Source: Okamejei kenojei (Eukaryota). From it: a stretch of DNA of 64,000 nt. The stretch spans positions 54,126,001 to 54,190,000 of the forward strand of contig CM069140.1 in assembly GCA_035221665.1 (NCBI GenBank). Reading direction: 5' to 3'. A program made the position numbers and the translations under genes. Shown here one piece after another: positions 1 to 12,758 of this stretch (its first letter is position 1; every line of letters begins with the position of its first letter). The notes under the pieces were generated by a model. That model ran no database searches and had not been told where the DNA came from. It saw only the letters and a list, made by a program, of their open reading frames with translations.

Positions 1-3000
1 GTAGTGTCATTTTCCATCACATTATAATTATTTATTTTGGATTTGGCAGGCCCAGGTTAATTGTTTCAAGTAACTTGTGTTCCCATTATTTAAAATAAAT
101 ACATTTCTTTGTCCAGTTTTATATTTAATGATTTTTTTCTTTGCATAGTTTTATTTTTAATGTTTTTTATTCTTTTCAGTATTATTAATTAACCATTCCC
201 TACCCATATCATAACAGAATCAAAATTCTCAGCGAGGTTTTGAATTTCATAAAAGCTAAAAATGTATAAAATATTAAATGATCCAATGCATTGAGCACAC
301 CAAGTAATGTGTAGTTTAACCTGGACACGCCTGACTCAGACTCGTTTTAATAGTCATATTGATTCTGAGAATCAGTTTATTTTTTCAGAAGATATTCTTC
401 CCTTTTTACACAATTTATACTTAGAATATTTTGAGTTATACGCACACAGAATTAATAAAAATATATATTTTGTGCTTTCATAATCTACTGTCCATTTTAA
501 GTGTAGGCATTGTAAAAACTATAATTTCTTTCATGCTGTTTTTTTGCAGATTGTGGAGATTTTCAACTCACATTGGTGTAAAGATATTTCTGGCATTCCT
601 TGTGACATTATCATTATGGTGAATTGGACAGTTAGAAAATAAAAACTTACATTTTGCATTTTGGATGGTTGCAATTTCATTCCTATATTAAATTCTAAAT
701 AAAAGAAATGTTCCAGATATCTGAATTTCAATATTTACATAATTTGTTATTTTAATTTAATGTGATGCCCTGAATATTTTTATGTTTTTATTATTGGAAT
801 ATTACATTGAAAAAAAAATGGTAACATCAAATATTTTAACAGCTACTTTGAGTTTGATGCTGTGCATCTCAGTAGCTTTATGTTCTGTGACATCCCAGTT
901 GAAACACAAGTTATTTTCACTTTGGATATATTCATAGTGAGTTATGTTTCATGCATCTTTTAGCATTTATTAAAGAACCAAGCAAACTATGAAAACCTAA
1001 TTGCAATATGACACCATTAGCTTTTTTTAAAAATTGCCTCGACTGCAATTATCTTCCAACATGAAATGTAGTGCCCCCTGATGCATGTGTCAGTGAGAAA
1101 GGTTAGAGTTTCTAACACATTCTTCTCTCTCCACAATATTCCATTGACAAACAAGCAGTAAGTGAAAGGGACATAAAATATAACTTGGTGGCTGGATAGT
1201 TTTTTCACTAGGTTTCAAAGGCACTATAGTTTTCCCAAAGAAAATCTATTGATATTCAACAAGGAGTATTATACCAAAGTACACTATTTAATTCAGTTTG
1301 ATCAGCACTGTATACTAGAACCTATCTTGACAAGCAGCAGCCATCATGTTTCAGATTTAAATAGAAAGTCTAAATACCGAATGATCAGCAAAATAGTAAT
1401 TGATTATTGACTAAGATGACATACTGAATATGAGGCCATATGCAGATATTCATTAGGTCTACTTGATTTCTGCCTGGACTTCTAAGAATTGTACTTTGGT
1501 TAACACAATACATGTTGTTTAATTTGAATTTAACCTGTGACTTAGGATAGAAGAAGTTATTTACATGGGTTAGGATTTTGCTTATGTGGGCAGAATTTTA
1601 TGTTGTACGGAATTTGAATGTGAAAGTTCTACCATCCACAAAGAGCATTTTAGTAATCCTGCTGCTATATTTTTTTTTTGGCCGCCCATTTTGTTTATTC
1701 TGGTGTTATAGAGATGCTAAGTATTGAACCAAAAACACTAAATTATTGAATTGATGGATACCTGTCTCAAAAGCCAAACTCCACACTGATGAAGAAACCC
1801 AACCACAGGCACATTTCACATTTGTACGTATGATCCCTCCCTGGCCACATCTGTAAGCTGCATCATACAGGGAGTACAAGTCGACACAATCAGAATAGGT
1901 CAACTCTCCCAATTCAAATTGCATTGAGTTGGGTTGTAGTATGTAGCAGGTAGAGCTGACAAGTTAAAATTATTACCTTAAAGGAGATGAACTAAAGTCA
2001 ATCCAAATAATCTAATGAAAGCTGTGGTATATTAAAAGACATGATAAGAGTTGTGGTAAAAGATGTAAACTTGGGTAAAGCATTCAAAGGAATGGACAGA
2101 AAGGTAAGGGATTAATATTTTGTGGTTGGAGGTTCTGTCCCTAAAGCAAGACATATGGATAAATTGTAATGACTTTACTCATTTATTTCACTCTGTTAAG
2201 GATTAACCAATTATAAAACTGTGTCAATACACGATCCTCAAAAATATATTAAAAATCCTTTAGTGCAATATATGTTATTAGATTAAAGTGTTTTGTGACT
2301 GTGAAACAGCAAATACTGGCACAGATTCTTTTACATTATTCTCTTATCCTGAAGAGAATGAAAAGTGCAAAGCCAATAGCATCATGTATTTATTTGTGTG
2401 TGTGAGAGAAAATATCACGGCAATTCTCAACTGGTAAATTTGATGTAAGCTAACACTTCTGTTAGGTTTTACTTGAGTGTTTCATTATTGAACATGCAGT
2501 CCTGAGCATTCCCTTCTCGATAGCACCGTAATGCTTTTAGATCTATCATGACCTCTGTTATAACACTCATTGATTTGATGAAACCTCTACTGTGAAAGAA
2601 CAGCATTATATTTGTTAATAATAAAATGAATTATGGAGGGGCGTCAATAGAAAAGTGATTATTAAAGGTTCCTTCTCTCCCTTATATGTTTTAAATAGGT
2701 TTGTGCCTTTGCTTAAATAGTGGAAAAATACATCTAATCATCTGTATAGTTGTATTTTGAGAACATTATTACAGTGGCCTGGTTCTTAACATACCCTTGT
2801 AAAAATAACTCTGAAGTAACATATTTTATAAAATATATTTACATTTCTTACCAAAATATCTTCTTTAACATACAATGATTTAAAACCCCAAATGTGTTCT
2901 AAGCTTAAATCAATGAATCATGGAACTGAAAAGTGAATGCTGGCTTTTTGTATGGGCCATATAGGTTGCTCTATACCTTGCACTTTCCTCGTAGTTCTGC

Positions 3001-3667
3001 TTTTCTTTCAAATACTTATCTTTTTGAAGGCCTTGGTTGTATGTGCTTCCACCACCATTTCAAGCTGTCAATTCTGGAGAGTAGCTACTTGTTGCCTAGT
3101 TGTACCTTCTGTCACTTCAGGGTTTTTTTTTTGGTTATCTATGACCTATGCATTCTAGCCCTTTCACATGTGTCCTCTCATTCACTTCTTTAAGACTCGG
3201 TATGATTTTGCATTATTCAATCAAAACACCTCTGAAACTTCTCTGCATCAAGAGAACTAGCAAAGTAAACTCCTCTATCCTTGCAACAACCTAGTAAGTC
3301 TTTTTTTCTCCCTTTCCCCAAACACATCACCCAGATTTGGATATTGTGCTAAGTTGTAGCCAAACCAGGTTTTTAAAAAGACTCTATGATATTTTATTTT
3401 CTATGCCGCTTATTTATGGTATAAATTCCCTATGGCGTTTCAACCATTTTCTCCACTTGCCTTGCCATCATCAAAAATTATGTGTATATATACACCCAGG
3501 ATTTCCTGTTTCTGGAGTCATTTTCACATTGTACCTTTTAGATAATATAGTCTCTCTTTATTCCTACCACTAAAATATGAACACTTTTTCACAATAGTTA
3601 TCATCTGACACTTGTATGCTAATTCTATCAGCATGTCTAAGTCCTCTTAAAGTCTTATCACCATTAA

Positions 3668-3953
3668 GGTGGCACAGTGGTGCAACGGTAGAGTTGCCGT
3701 CTCACTGCACCAGAGATCCGGGTTGGATCATGACTAAGGGTCCTATCTGTATGGAGTTTGTTTGTTCTCCCTGCGACCACTTGGGTTTTCTCCGGGAGCT
3801 CCAGTTTCCTCCCACATTGCAAAGGCATGCAGGTTTGTAGGTTAATTGGCTTCTGTAAATTATTCCTAGTGACTAGGATAGACTTAATGTACAGGTGATC
3901 GCTAGTTGGCATGGACTCAATGGACCACGCTGTATATCTAAATTAAATGAAAC
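3668..3953 (+). mobile_element. HE1/V-SINE-type tRNA-derived SINE
   Basis: Head with A/B-box-like motifs (ggcacagtggtgcaacggtagag...ccgggttggatc), V-domain core (ggagtttg...ttcctcccaca), CR1-like tail. Confidence 0.85.
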
Positions 3954-4091
3954 TATCCCCACTTACAATTAGCTGCAACTTCCATATCTAATGTTATCTG
4001 CATGTTTGGAAATGTTTCCCTGAACATACAAGTCCACACCATAAAAGCAATATGTTTCTTGCACTGAAACCTGAAGAATACCAATATATAA

Positions 4092-5222
4092 ATGGTTAAG
4101 AAGGTTCAATCTTTGGGTGTTAATGGCGGAGTAGCAAGATGGATTCAACAGTGGCTGAATGGGAGATGTCAGAGATTAATGGTGGATGGCTGTTTGTCAG
4201 GTTGGAAGCCGGTGACCAGTGGGGTGCCTCAGGGATCTGTGTTGGGTCCACTGTTGTTTGTCATGTACATCAATGATCTGGATGATGGGGTGGAAAATTG
4301 GATAAGTAAGTATGCAGATGATACTAAGATAGGTGGTGTTGTGGATAATGAAGTAGATTTTCAAAGTCTACAGAGAGATTTGGGCCATTTGGAAAAGTGG
4401 GCTGAAAGATGGCAGATGGAGTTTAATGCTGTTAAGTGTGAAGTGCTACATCTTGGCAGGACAAATCAAAATAGGACGTACATGGTAAATGGTAGGGAAT
4501 TGAGGAATGCTGTGGAACAGAGGGATCTAGGAATAACTGTGCATAGTTCCCTGAAGGTGGAATCACATGTAGGTAAAGAAAGCCTTTGGTGCGCTGGCCT
4601 TTATAAATCAGAGCATTGAATATAGGAGTAAGGAAGTAATGTTAAAATTGTACAAGGCATTGGTAAGACCAATTCTGGAGTATGGTGTACAATTTTGGTC
4701 ACCTAATTATAGGAAGGATGTCAACAAAATAGAGAGAGTACAGAGGAGATTTACTAGAATGTTGCCAGGGTTCCAGCAACTATGTTACAGAGAAAGGTTG
4801 AACAAGTTAGGTCTTTATTCTTTGGAGCGCAGAAGGTTAAGGGGGGGACTTGATTGAGGTCTTTAAAATGATGAAAGGGATTGACAGAGTTGACGTGGAT
4901 AAGCTTTTCCCATTGAGGGTAGGGAAGATTCAAACAAGAGGGCATGACATGAGAATTAAGGGACAGAAGTTTAGGGGTAACGTGAGGGGGAACTTATTTA
5001 CTCAGAGGGTGGTGGCTGTGTGGAATGAGCTTCCAGCAGAAGTGGTGGAGGCAGGATCGATTTTAACATTTAAAAGTAAAGTGGATAGGTATATGGACGT
5101 GAAGGGAATGGAGGGGTATGGTCTGATTGCAGGTAGATGGGACTAGGGGAAAACAAATGGTCGGCACGGACTGGAAGGGCCGAGAGGGCCTGTTTCCGTG
5201 CTGTAATTGTTATATGGTTATA
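4092..5222 (+). mobile_element. CR1-clade LINE, 5'-truncated RT and 3' end
   Basis: ORFs with [34 protein letters not shown]. Frameshifted. 3' tail ...gctgtaattgttatatggttata. Confidence 0.95.
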
Positions 5223-5263
5223 AATTGCTTAACTGAAGGTATTAAGACTTTAGAAGGCATTTT

Positions 5264-5380
5264 CATAGATACATAGACAATAGGTGCAGGAGTAGGCCAT
5301 TCGGCCTTTCGAGCCAGCATCGCCATTCAATATGATCATGGCTGATCATCCACAATCAGTACCCCGTTCCTGCCTTCTTC
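5264..5380 (-). mobile_element. CR1 3' UTR fragment
   Basis: Reverse complement of the tail family seen at 62040-62170. Confidence 0.85.
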
Positions 5381-5879
5381 CTTGTAAGAGCATGTAAGAG
5401 CATGTGATACTGAGTCACAAACGGTTGCTGAAAAGTGAAGACATCAGCCAACTCTTATTTGGAATTAATGAGAAGTATTGAGGTATATTTGAGATATGAC
5501 AGTTTATAGATTTTGGGACAAGAATGGAAGACACCAATTACCGTTGTTTTGCTGGAACTATACAGATTGCTTCTTGAAAAATTAGGAAGGCCAAAATATT
5601 CCAGGAAGTGAAGGGGCTCTCAATATAACTTTTCCAATCTACCCGTTTATGTTTTATATCCTAGAAATAAAACCAGGTAAATATTTTTTCCTTTAAAGCC
5701 TTCTTTCCCGAATGCAAAACCCAGAATTGGATACAGTGCAGGATATTTTTTGCAGAAATGCTAATTAGAAAATAGGTAGACAATTCAAGATAATTTCCTT
5801 GAAAAAAAAAGTGTAAGGTTGATAATGGAAAGGGACAGTAGGATTAATAAAACTATTGGAATATGAGCAGAGTTTAAAA

Positions 5880-6290
5880 AAGTACTGCGAAAATCCCATG
5901 GGATCGATCCACTATGTGTTGATAAATTGGATCCAAAATTGGCTTGGTCATAAAAGACAGAGGGTGGTTGGAGTGTGCTGTTTTTTTCTGACTGGAGATA
6001 TGTGACCAGTGGTGTTTCATAAGGATAGGTGCTGGGATCTCTGTTGTTTGTAATATATATCAATGACATGAATGAAAATGTAGGTGGTCTGATAAAAATG
6101 CAGCTGCCAGGAGAGGTGGTAGAAGCAGATACAAAACGATGTTTAATAGGCATTTGGACAGACACATAACAGGCAAGGCATACAGGAATATGGACCATAT
6201 ACAGACAGATGAGATGATTAATTTGGCATCATCATGATCAATGCAGACATGGTGGGCCAAAGGGCCTGCTCCTGTGCTACTATCTTTTGA
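5880..6290 (+). mobile_element. Old CR1 fragment with internal deletion
   Basis: gtgaccagtggtgtt...gtgctggga motif joined to a 3' UTR (ggccaaagggcctgctcctgtgct). Confidence 0.7.
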
Positions 6291-7291
6291 GGAAGGAACA
6301 GAATACAGGGATATAAGATCTGTTGTAGAATGAGCAAGATATTTCAAAGAGTGGGGAAAAAGTTAAGGATTGGTGTTCCAAAACCACAGTAATATGATTG
6401 TGAATGCCAAAATAACTTTTAATAATTAGAATTCAAGCCATTAATAATGACATAGAGGTGTTATGTGGCCATAACAAAATCAAAGTGGGAAATTGTATTC
6501 AGGTTGCATTCAGGACTGCTTCCTAGATCAGGATATTTTTGTACAGCAGAATAAAATGTATTTAGAAAACAAAACCTGGGAATACGGGGAAACAAGAAAA
6601 AAGAACAATTTTTGATATAGTTTTTGAAAATAAAAAACGTAGGCAAAATGATTGATGTGAATGTTGAAGAACGATTGCTTAGCAAAGATCCAAATATATT
6701 CACAATACGTTGCTGATAAAGCAGTAGCAAGAAAGGAATTATCTCTGAAGTGTGATCATGGATCAAGGCAGTAAAGTCACTTGACTAAATACATGCTATC
6801 AGGCTGTTGAGAGAGGTCAGAAAGTAGAGAACAGGGGCACTTTTCACATTTTTTTCTATTCTCCTTTAACATACAAATTGTACTTTGAGATGGAAAAGTT
6901 ACTGATATAATGTTTGTAGCTGAAGAAAAGGAAAAGCACGAATCAGTTGTTTAATATTAGTTCATAATCCATTCTTTGAGATCAAGTTAGTAAGGAGTAC
7001 AAGATTTAATCATAGATGACTAACAAATGGCTTTGCAAATTTAATAGAGGGTATAGAAAAATGTTATTGATTGGATAGATAAAGGGACTACAGTAAATGC
7101 AGCACATAGGATTTTCAGAAGGTATTGCTAATGTGTCTCAAAAGAGTCTTATTGGAAAAATTCAGATAAGCAGAACAAGATAAAATGTAGTAATCTTGAT
7201 AGCTAGTTGGTCAACGGACAAAAAAACCCAAAGATTGGGTGTTGCAGAATACTGTTGAAAGTTATACCCATCTTAGACAATTCCTCAAGCT

Positions 7292-7597
7292 CGACGGTGG
7301 CGCAGTGGCAGAGTTGTTGCCTTACAGTGCCAGAGACCCGGGTTCGATCCTGACTGCGGGTACTGTCTATAAAGAGTTTGTAAGTTCTCCCCGTGACCTG
7401 CGTGGGTTTTCTCGGGATCTTTGGTTTCCTCCCATAGTCAAAAGACCTACAGGTTTGTAGGTTAATTGGCTTGGAGTAATTGTAAATAGTCCCTAATGTG
7501 TGTAGGATAGTGTTAGTGTACAGGGACCACTGGTCGACGCGGATTCGGTAGGTCCAAGGGCCTGTTTCCGTGCTGTATCTCTAAACTAAACTAAACT
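7292..7597 (+). mobile_element. HE1-type SINE, inserted in an old CR1 relic (~7010-7240)
   Basis: B-box gggttcgatcc, V-domain, tail ctaaactaaactaaac. Confidence 0.9.
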
Positions 7598-10500
7598 GGA
7601 AGATGCCCTGCTCCTAATCTGATGTTGAGTGTTCTGCAATGTCTGACGTAAGATTCAGAGTCGGTTTCTTGGAAGATAGTTTTGCTGCACTCTTGTCATT
7701 GTGTTAATATTATGGTATGCGTGTGCATTCTAGACCTATGGGATCTCTTAGCTACAGAGATCCCATGGTGGCTTACTCTGAATGCATAAAATTGACTGGA
7801 AAGTTAATTATATTGATCATCGGAAACGGGACACTGCAGTATTATTATACAACAAAAGTGGGTCTGAAGCTTGTTGAATACAACAGGGACTTAAACACTT
7901 GAAATTGAGCTATGTTTCTAGGGCTGTGGCCTCACTTCACCCTTAGAGAAAAGGACAACAATACAGAAAATAATTTAAAGTGGCTGAAAGTGTTGCTGTT
8001 CATCCCCACTCTAGTGTTATAAGTAGGTGGAGAATTGCTGAATATGAAACTTTCAGTCCAAAATCCAATTATTCAATTGGTTACGCATTGAATATTTGTG
8101 GTTTTCAATTAATCATTTCTTCTTCACTCAGCAGTGCTTAAAGCAAGTCAATAATTTCCCTGATAAAGTAAAAACAGAATACGAAGTACAGGATTTATCC
8201 CGTTCTCGGGGAATTTATTGACTTTGCTAAATGCGAGTTTGTGAAGACTGATCAGGACCCAAAAGGTTGAAGAAGCCCATAATCATTTTTAATTGGGTTA
8301 CCTTTGATCTGTTGTACACAGAGCATCATTGACATTATCAGACAAAACACATAACTGCCTTTTACAGACATTTGCAAAAAGCTGAATTCTAACAACGTAC
8401 AATCTGTCCTTCTGCTTTCAGAAGATTAATTATCAGAAGAGTTGACATCACCTCCCAGAAAGTGCAGAATGCTTTTTATATTCTCCTATTCAACTATACA
8501 GTCTTCTGGATTTCACAACAACAGCATAGAAAAAAAAAAGATAATCCGCCTTTTATGTTTGCTCCACTTTGTATCTTTTCTTTTTCTGTTTTTGTTCGTC
8601 AAACTGTTACTCTCTTTTTGACTTCTGATTGTTACTGGGAGGTCGCAAACCCTCCGCTCCTTTAGAAGCATGCGGATTGGGGATTTTATTTCCTTAAATT
8701 CAGCAAACTGGATTATATGAAAGACAAAAAGATCCAGATGGGCTTCATCATACATATGATAAAGGGCAAGAAGCATTAGTGCAGAGTGGGGAAGTAAGGA
8801 ATTCCAATTGGACTTTATATCAGGGAACACTCTTCCTTCCCATTTTCTCCCTTGCTCCGTCTCAATTTATTACATTAGGTTTGCTTTATATTAGCTGCTT
8901 CGTTCTGTCCCTTTGGTTTAAATACTGCTTTAAAATATAATGTCCTGGAGGAGCTTAGCACCGCATGTCTTCAAGAAACACCTTCAGTGCTCATTTCAAG
9001 GCATCCGGCCATCTGCCAATGAAGGCGGATTTAATCTTGTAAAATTAAATTTCGCTCCGCTGACATACTCTTAGGCGTCTGCGGCTGAGCGCTGTGGACA
9101 AACTGAACATGACAGGAGCATTGTTTTTTGTCACATCTACTGTGTTGATCTTTTCAAAGTCTCATAAAAATTTATTGATGTCCCTGTTTGCAGCCTAGGA
9201 TATTAGCGTCTGTAGCACAGATATGATTTGATCTGTCTTCCCTTATTGGCGACCAGCGCTTAGCAATGCTTTTTAATACTTGCTGCCTTATAATCAGTCA
9301 TTCCCAAAGTTGCAAGGCGGATGCAGTTAAGATCTGGCCTTTATAGTAAGCTGCTTTGCCCCTGAGGCTGATGGCTTTGGCACTATAAGTATGTAATTTT
9401 TGTACAATATATTCATAAGTTGATAGATGTACATACCAGTATCTACATCTTTGAACAGTTAAGTGCTATAATGAGAAAAGGAAGAGAAAACAGTTACAAA
9501 TTCGATGTGACAAAAAAAAAAATCATTACTTCTCTTTGGTCTGTTATCATTTGCGAAAGAATGATCTACATCTACCATTGTATAATTAGTTTAATTAAAA
9601 ATTTATTTTCAACTCATTTTCTAAAGTTGTATAATTGTTTCAAATTGAACAGTCTAAGGAAAAATTTCATAAGAGATTAGATTGAAACTTCAATAATTTA
9701 AATGTACAATTAAAGAGTTTTACTTCAGGGTAATTAATAAGAAATTCTTCATAGCGACAATGTAATAGAAAACTGAAAAAAGGGGTTTCCTGAACACTTC
9801 AAATATATATTGTCCCAATCTATCATACACATCTATTTGTCTGTTTGTCATTATTATTGTATTTTGTACACATCGTTTTTATTTGTTGATCATGCCTCGC
9901 TGTCTATAGATTTTTAGTTGCGTGCATGCATAAAATTTAGCCAGTGATTAGTGAAAAGGATGGGAATCCCAATGAGAAAATAGAATCGGGAGAACCTCAA
10001 TACTAGGCTTCTCTTTGATAATGCCCTCCTTCCTGCGAAGATTCATCCAAAAATTCTTCAAAGAAGCAAGATAATTCTCGGGAAATATCTGTGGTCAATG
10101 CTCTCCAACTTGCATTATTACAGCACACTCATGACAATTATTTCACTGTCATCTTCGGTGAGTTGCAGTGATGGAATATGTCAGTGAACATGTAAGTAGT
10201 AAGCCAAAAGATTGGTGCCTGTGAATTCCTAATCCGATTTGTTCCACAAGGAGGCACTCCAAAGTCCAGTTAGAGCTTAAGGTGGAAGGGAATGTTGAAA
10301 TAATCTTTTGGCATTTGTGTTGCAAATGTCATGGTAACCTCCTATAGGACATGATTAGCAAAGGTTTCTTGCATAGTTTGTCTTGAGGGACATTTACAGA
10401 ATGGGGATACTTAGAGATGAAAGCTCAGCAATGTTTACATTTTCTGCCAAGAAATGTGGTACCATGTCCACATGGCTGGTACTGTGCTATCCACCACAAC

Positions 10501-11499
10501 CAGGACCATATATTCTCTCCAAACCCCCTCTTTTCCCTTAGCACGTGCTTAGCCATGCCGCAGCATGAGGTACTAAATGAAAGCCAGCACTATACCCACT
10601 TGAAAAGACTGAGGTCTTGATCCTATTCATCGGGAGGACTGGAAGCAAATAGCATGATTGCCCTTTTAGCAGTATTGGTTTGCAGTATGTTGAGAGGAAA
10701 ATAATCATCTTTCTAAGTGGAATTTTGATATTTATAAGAAGTAGATTTTGAAAGTGTTGGCATTGAGTGAAAGCAATATATCTGGAGATGGCAGGTTTTA
10801 TCTTCATAATGGAGTACAATAGTCAAAAATGGGCAGTAATTTAGAGTATGATGTGTTCAATAATTACTATTAGCGTAATGATATATATGATACTTTATAG
10901 ATGAATAATGTTACCGTCTTAAATGAATAAAAATTGAATATCCCCAGCCATTCTCTCTCTGCAGCCTATTAGGTGAATTACTTTAGCTGTTTATTTCTAT
11001 TCATTGAATTTGGTTTTGGCACATTGTACCTTTTCTAAGAGTCCAAATTACAATAGAAATGCGTTAAAAAAATCCTTACTTGTACTGTTTGTATAATCTG
11101 CTTGTACCAGTAAATTATCTGTGATAATAAAGATGGTGTGATTGTAAAACCTTGCCATGCTCTATCTAATATTGAATGATAAGAAGAAAAAAAATGTTCT
11201 TTTGGTTCGTGAGTACAGTCCAGTCTCAGGCCTGTCACCAGATGCAACAGGTCAAGGTACCCTACAAAGGATGGGAAGGATGTTGGTTCATTTAATCTTA
11301 GTTTGTCCGAGAAAATGGCTTAAGGGAAAAGCAGGTTAGTGGGGTACTTGTGGGGCCATGGAGGTATCTGATCACCTCCACTTTCAGCTTTGGGATAGAA
11401 ATGACAACATGAAAATTAATGAAAGCTTTTATATATTTTTGCCAAATGCTGTCATGCAAGTGAAAGGATAGAATATTGAAATAAATGGTAACTTGGGGG

Positions 11500-11865
11500 T
11501 TGAAGGGAGACCTGATAGAAGTATTACATTATGAGAGGCATAGATAGGGTAGACAGTCAGAACCTTTCTGCCTGGGTGGAAATGTCAAAGATGAGAGGGC
11601 ATAGCCTTGAGGTGAGAGGAGTAACATTTAAAGAAGATGTGCAGAACATGTTTTTTTACACATAGGATATGGGTGCCTGGAACATGCTGCCAGTGGTGGT
11701 GGCGGAGGCACATACAATTGTGACATTTGTAAGGGTGTTGGATAGGCAGATGAATATGCAGGGAATGGAAGGATGTGGATCACATGCAGGCACATGAGAT
11801 TAGCTTTGTTGGCACAGACATTGTAGGCTGAAGACCCCGTTCCTGTGCTGCACTTTTCAATGTTC
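11500..11865 (+). mobile_element. Old CR1 3' end
   Basis: agagggcatagcctt (TRGH-like motif) and a typical 3' UTR. Confidence 0.75.
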
Positions 11866-12519
11866 TTTGTGAATCTCATATAATGAAGACATTTGATAAA
11901 CATTCTGGAAAAGAGCAACATAGTCTTATTACTAAAAATCTATATTTTCATTTTTGTTAATTCCATGGTCACTCCTGAGGTGATCCTCTTTCTCATGCCA
12001 GTTAATTTGGGAGTGATCAATGTGATGGTGAACCTGCATTTTTTCTGTTTGTACACTTATTGGTCCCCAGGAAAAATAACTGTAATAATTGTGACCAGTC
12101 TGAAGAAAAGTCCTCCACAGATGCTGCCAGTCGCACAGAGTTTCTGCAGCAGTTAGGTTTTTGCAAATCTTAATATTAATTGCCCGGTTAAGCAATTGTT
12201 GGGGTGGGAATGTTGTAGTATACATTTGAGGTGGTAGGGGATTAGGGAGGAGCTGGAGGTGGCAAATAATAGAAAAAAGGATTCTAAAGAAAGACTTGAA
12301 TTGTAACAATTTTTGTTGGATGTAAAAAATCTTCATTCGATATGTTTCATTTTTACCTGATTCTCCAAGCAATTTTCAAAGGCTACTAAAATCCTTATGA
12401 ATGATCACAAGGATAAATAAAGGGTATAAGGCACATCAGATTGAAGAAGAGCAGAATGTGTGTTCTGATGGTTTTCTTTGTGATTACAAATTACAATCTG
12501 TGACTGAGCAGTAAGAGTA

Positions 12520-12758
12520 GGAAGGAACTGCAGATGCTGGTTTACACCGAAGATAGACACAAAATGCTGGAGTAACTCAGCGGGTCAGGCAGCATCTCTG
12601 GAAAGAATAAATAGGTGATGTTTCGGGTCGAGACCCTTCTTCAGATTACAATGTATGTATGTCTGAAGAAGGGTATCGACCTGAAACACCACCTATTCCT
12701 TTCCTCCAGAGATGCTGCCTGACCTGCTGAGTTACTCCAGCATTTTGTTTCTATCTTT
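12520..12758. mobile_element. Miniature Penelope-like element: head-to-head inverted pair of pLTR ends
   Basis: 12520-12646 (-) and 12661-12758 (+) are reverse complements around a 14-nt spacer. The same terminus family is attached to the GIY-YIG fragment at 50972-51596. Confidence 0.85.
12614..12646 (-). ncRNA. Minimal type I hammerhead ribozyme motif, core intact
   Basis: Minus strand reads CUGAAGA-A-GGGUC UC GACCC-GAAA-CAUC-ACC: CUGANGA box, perfect stem II, GAAA box, UC cleavage site. Confidence 0.75.

Noticed and set aside
431-3573. Short ORFs in AT-rich DNA (and similar ones across the window)
   Set aside because: Biased composition, no recognisable domains and no splice support.
9085-9102. 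REST/NRSE-like site tgagcgctgtggacaa
   Set aside because: Too many mismatches to the core consensus.
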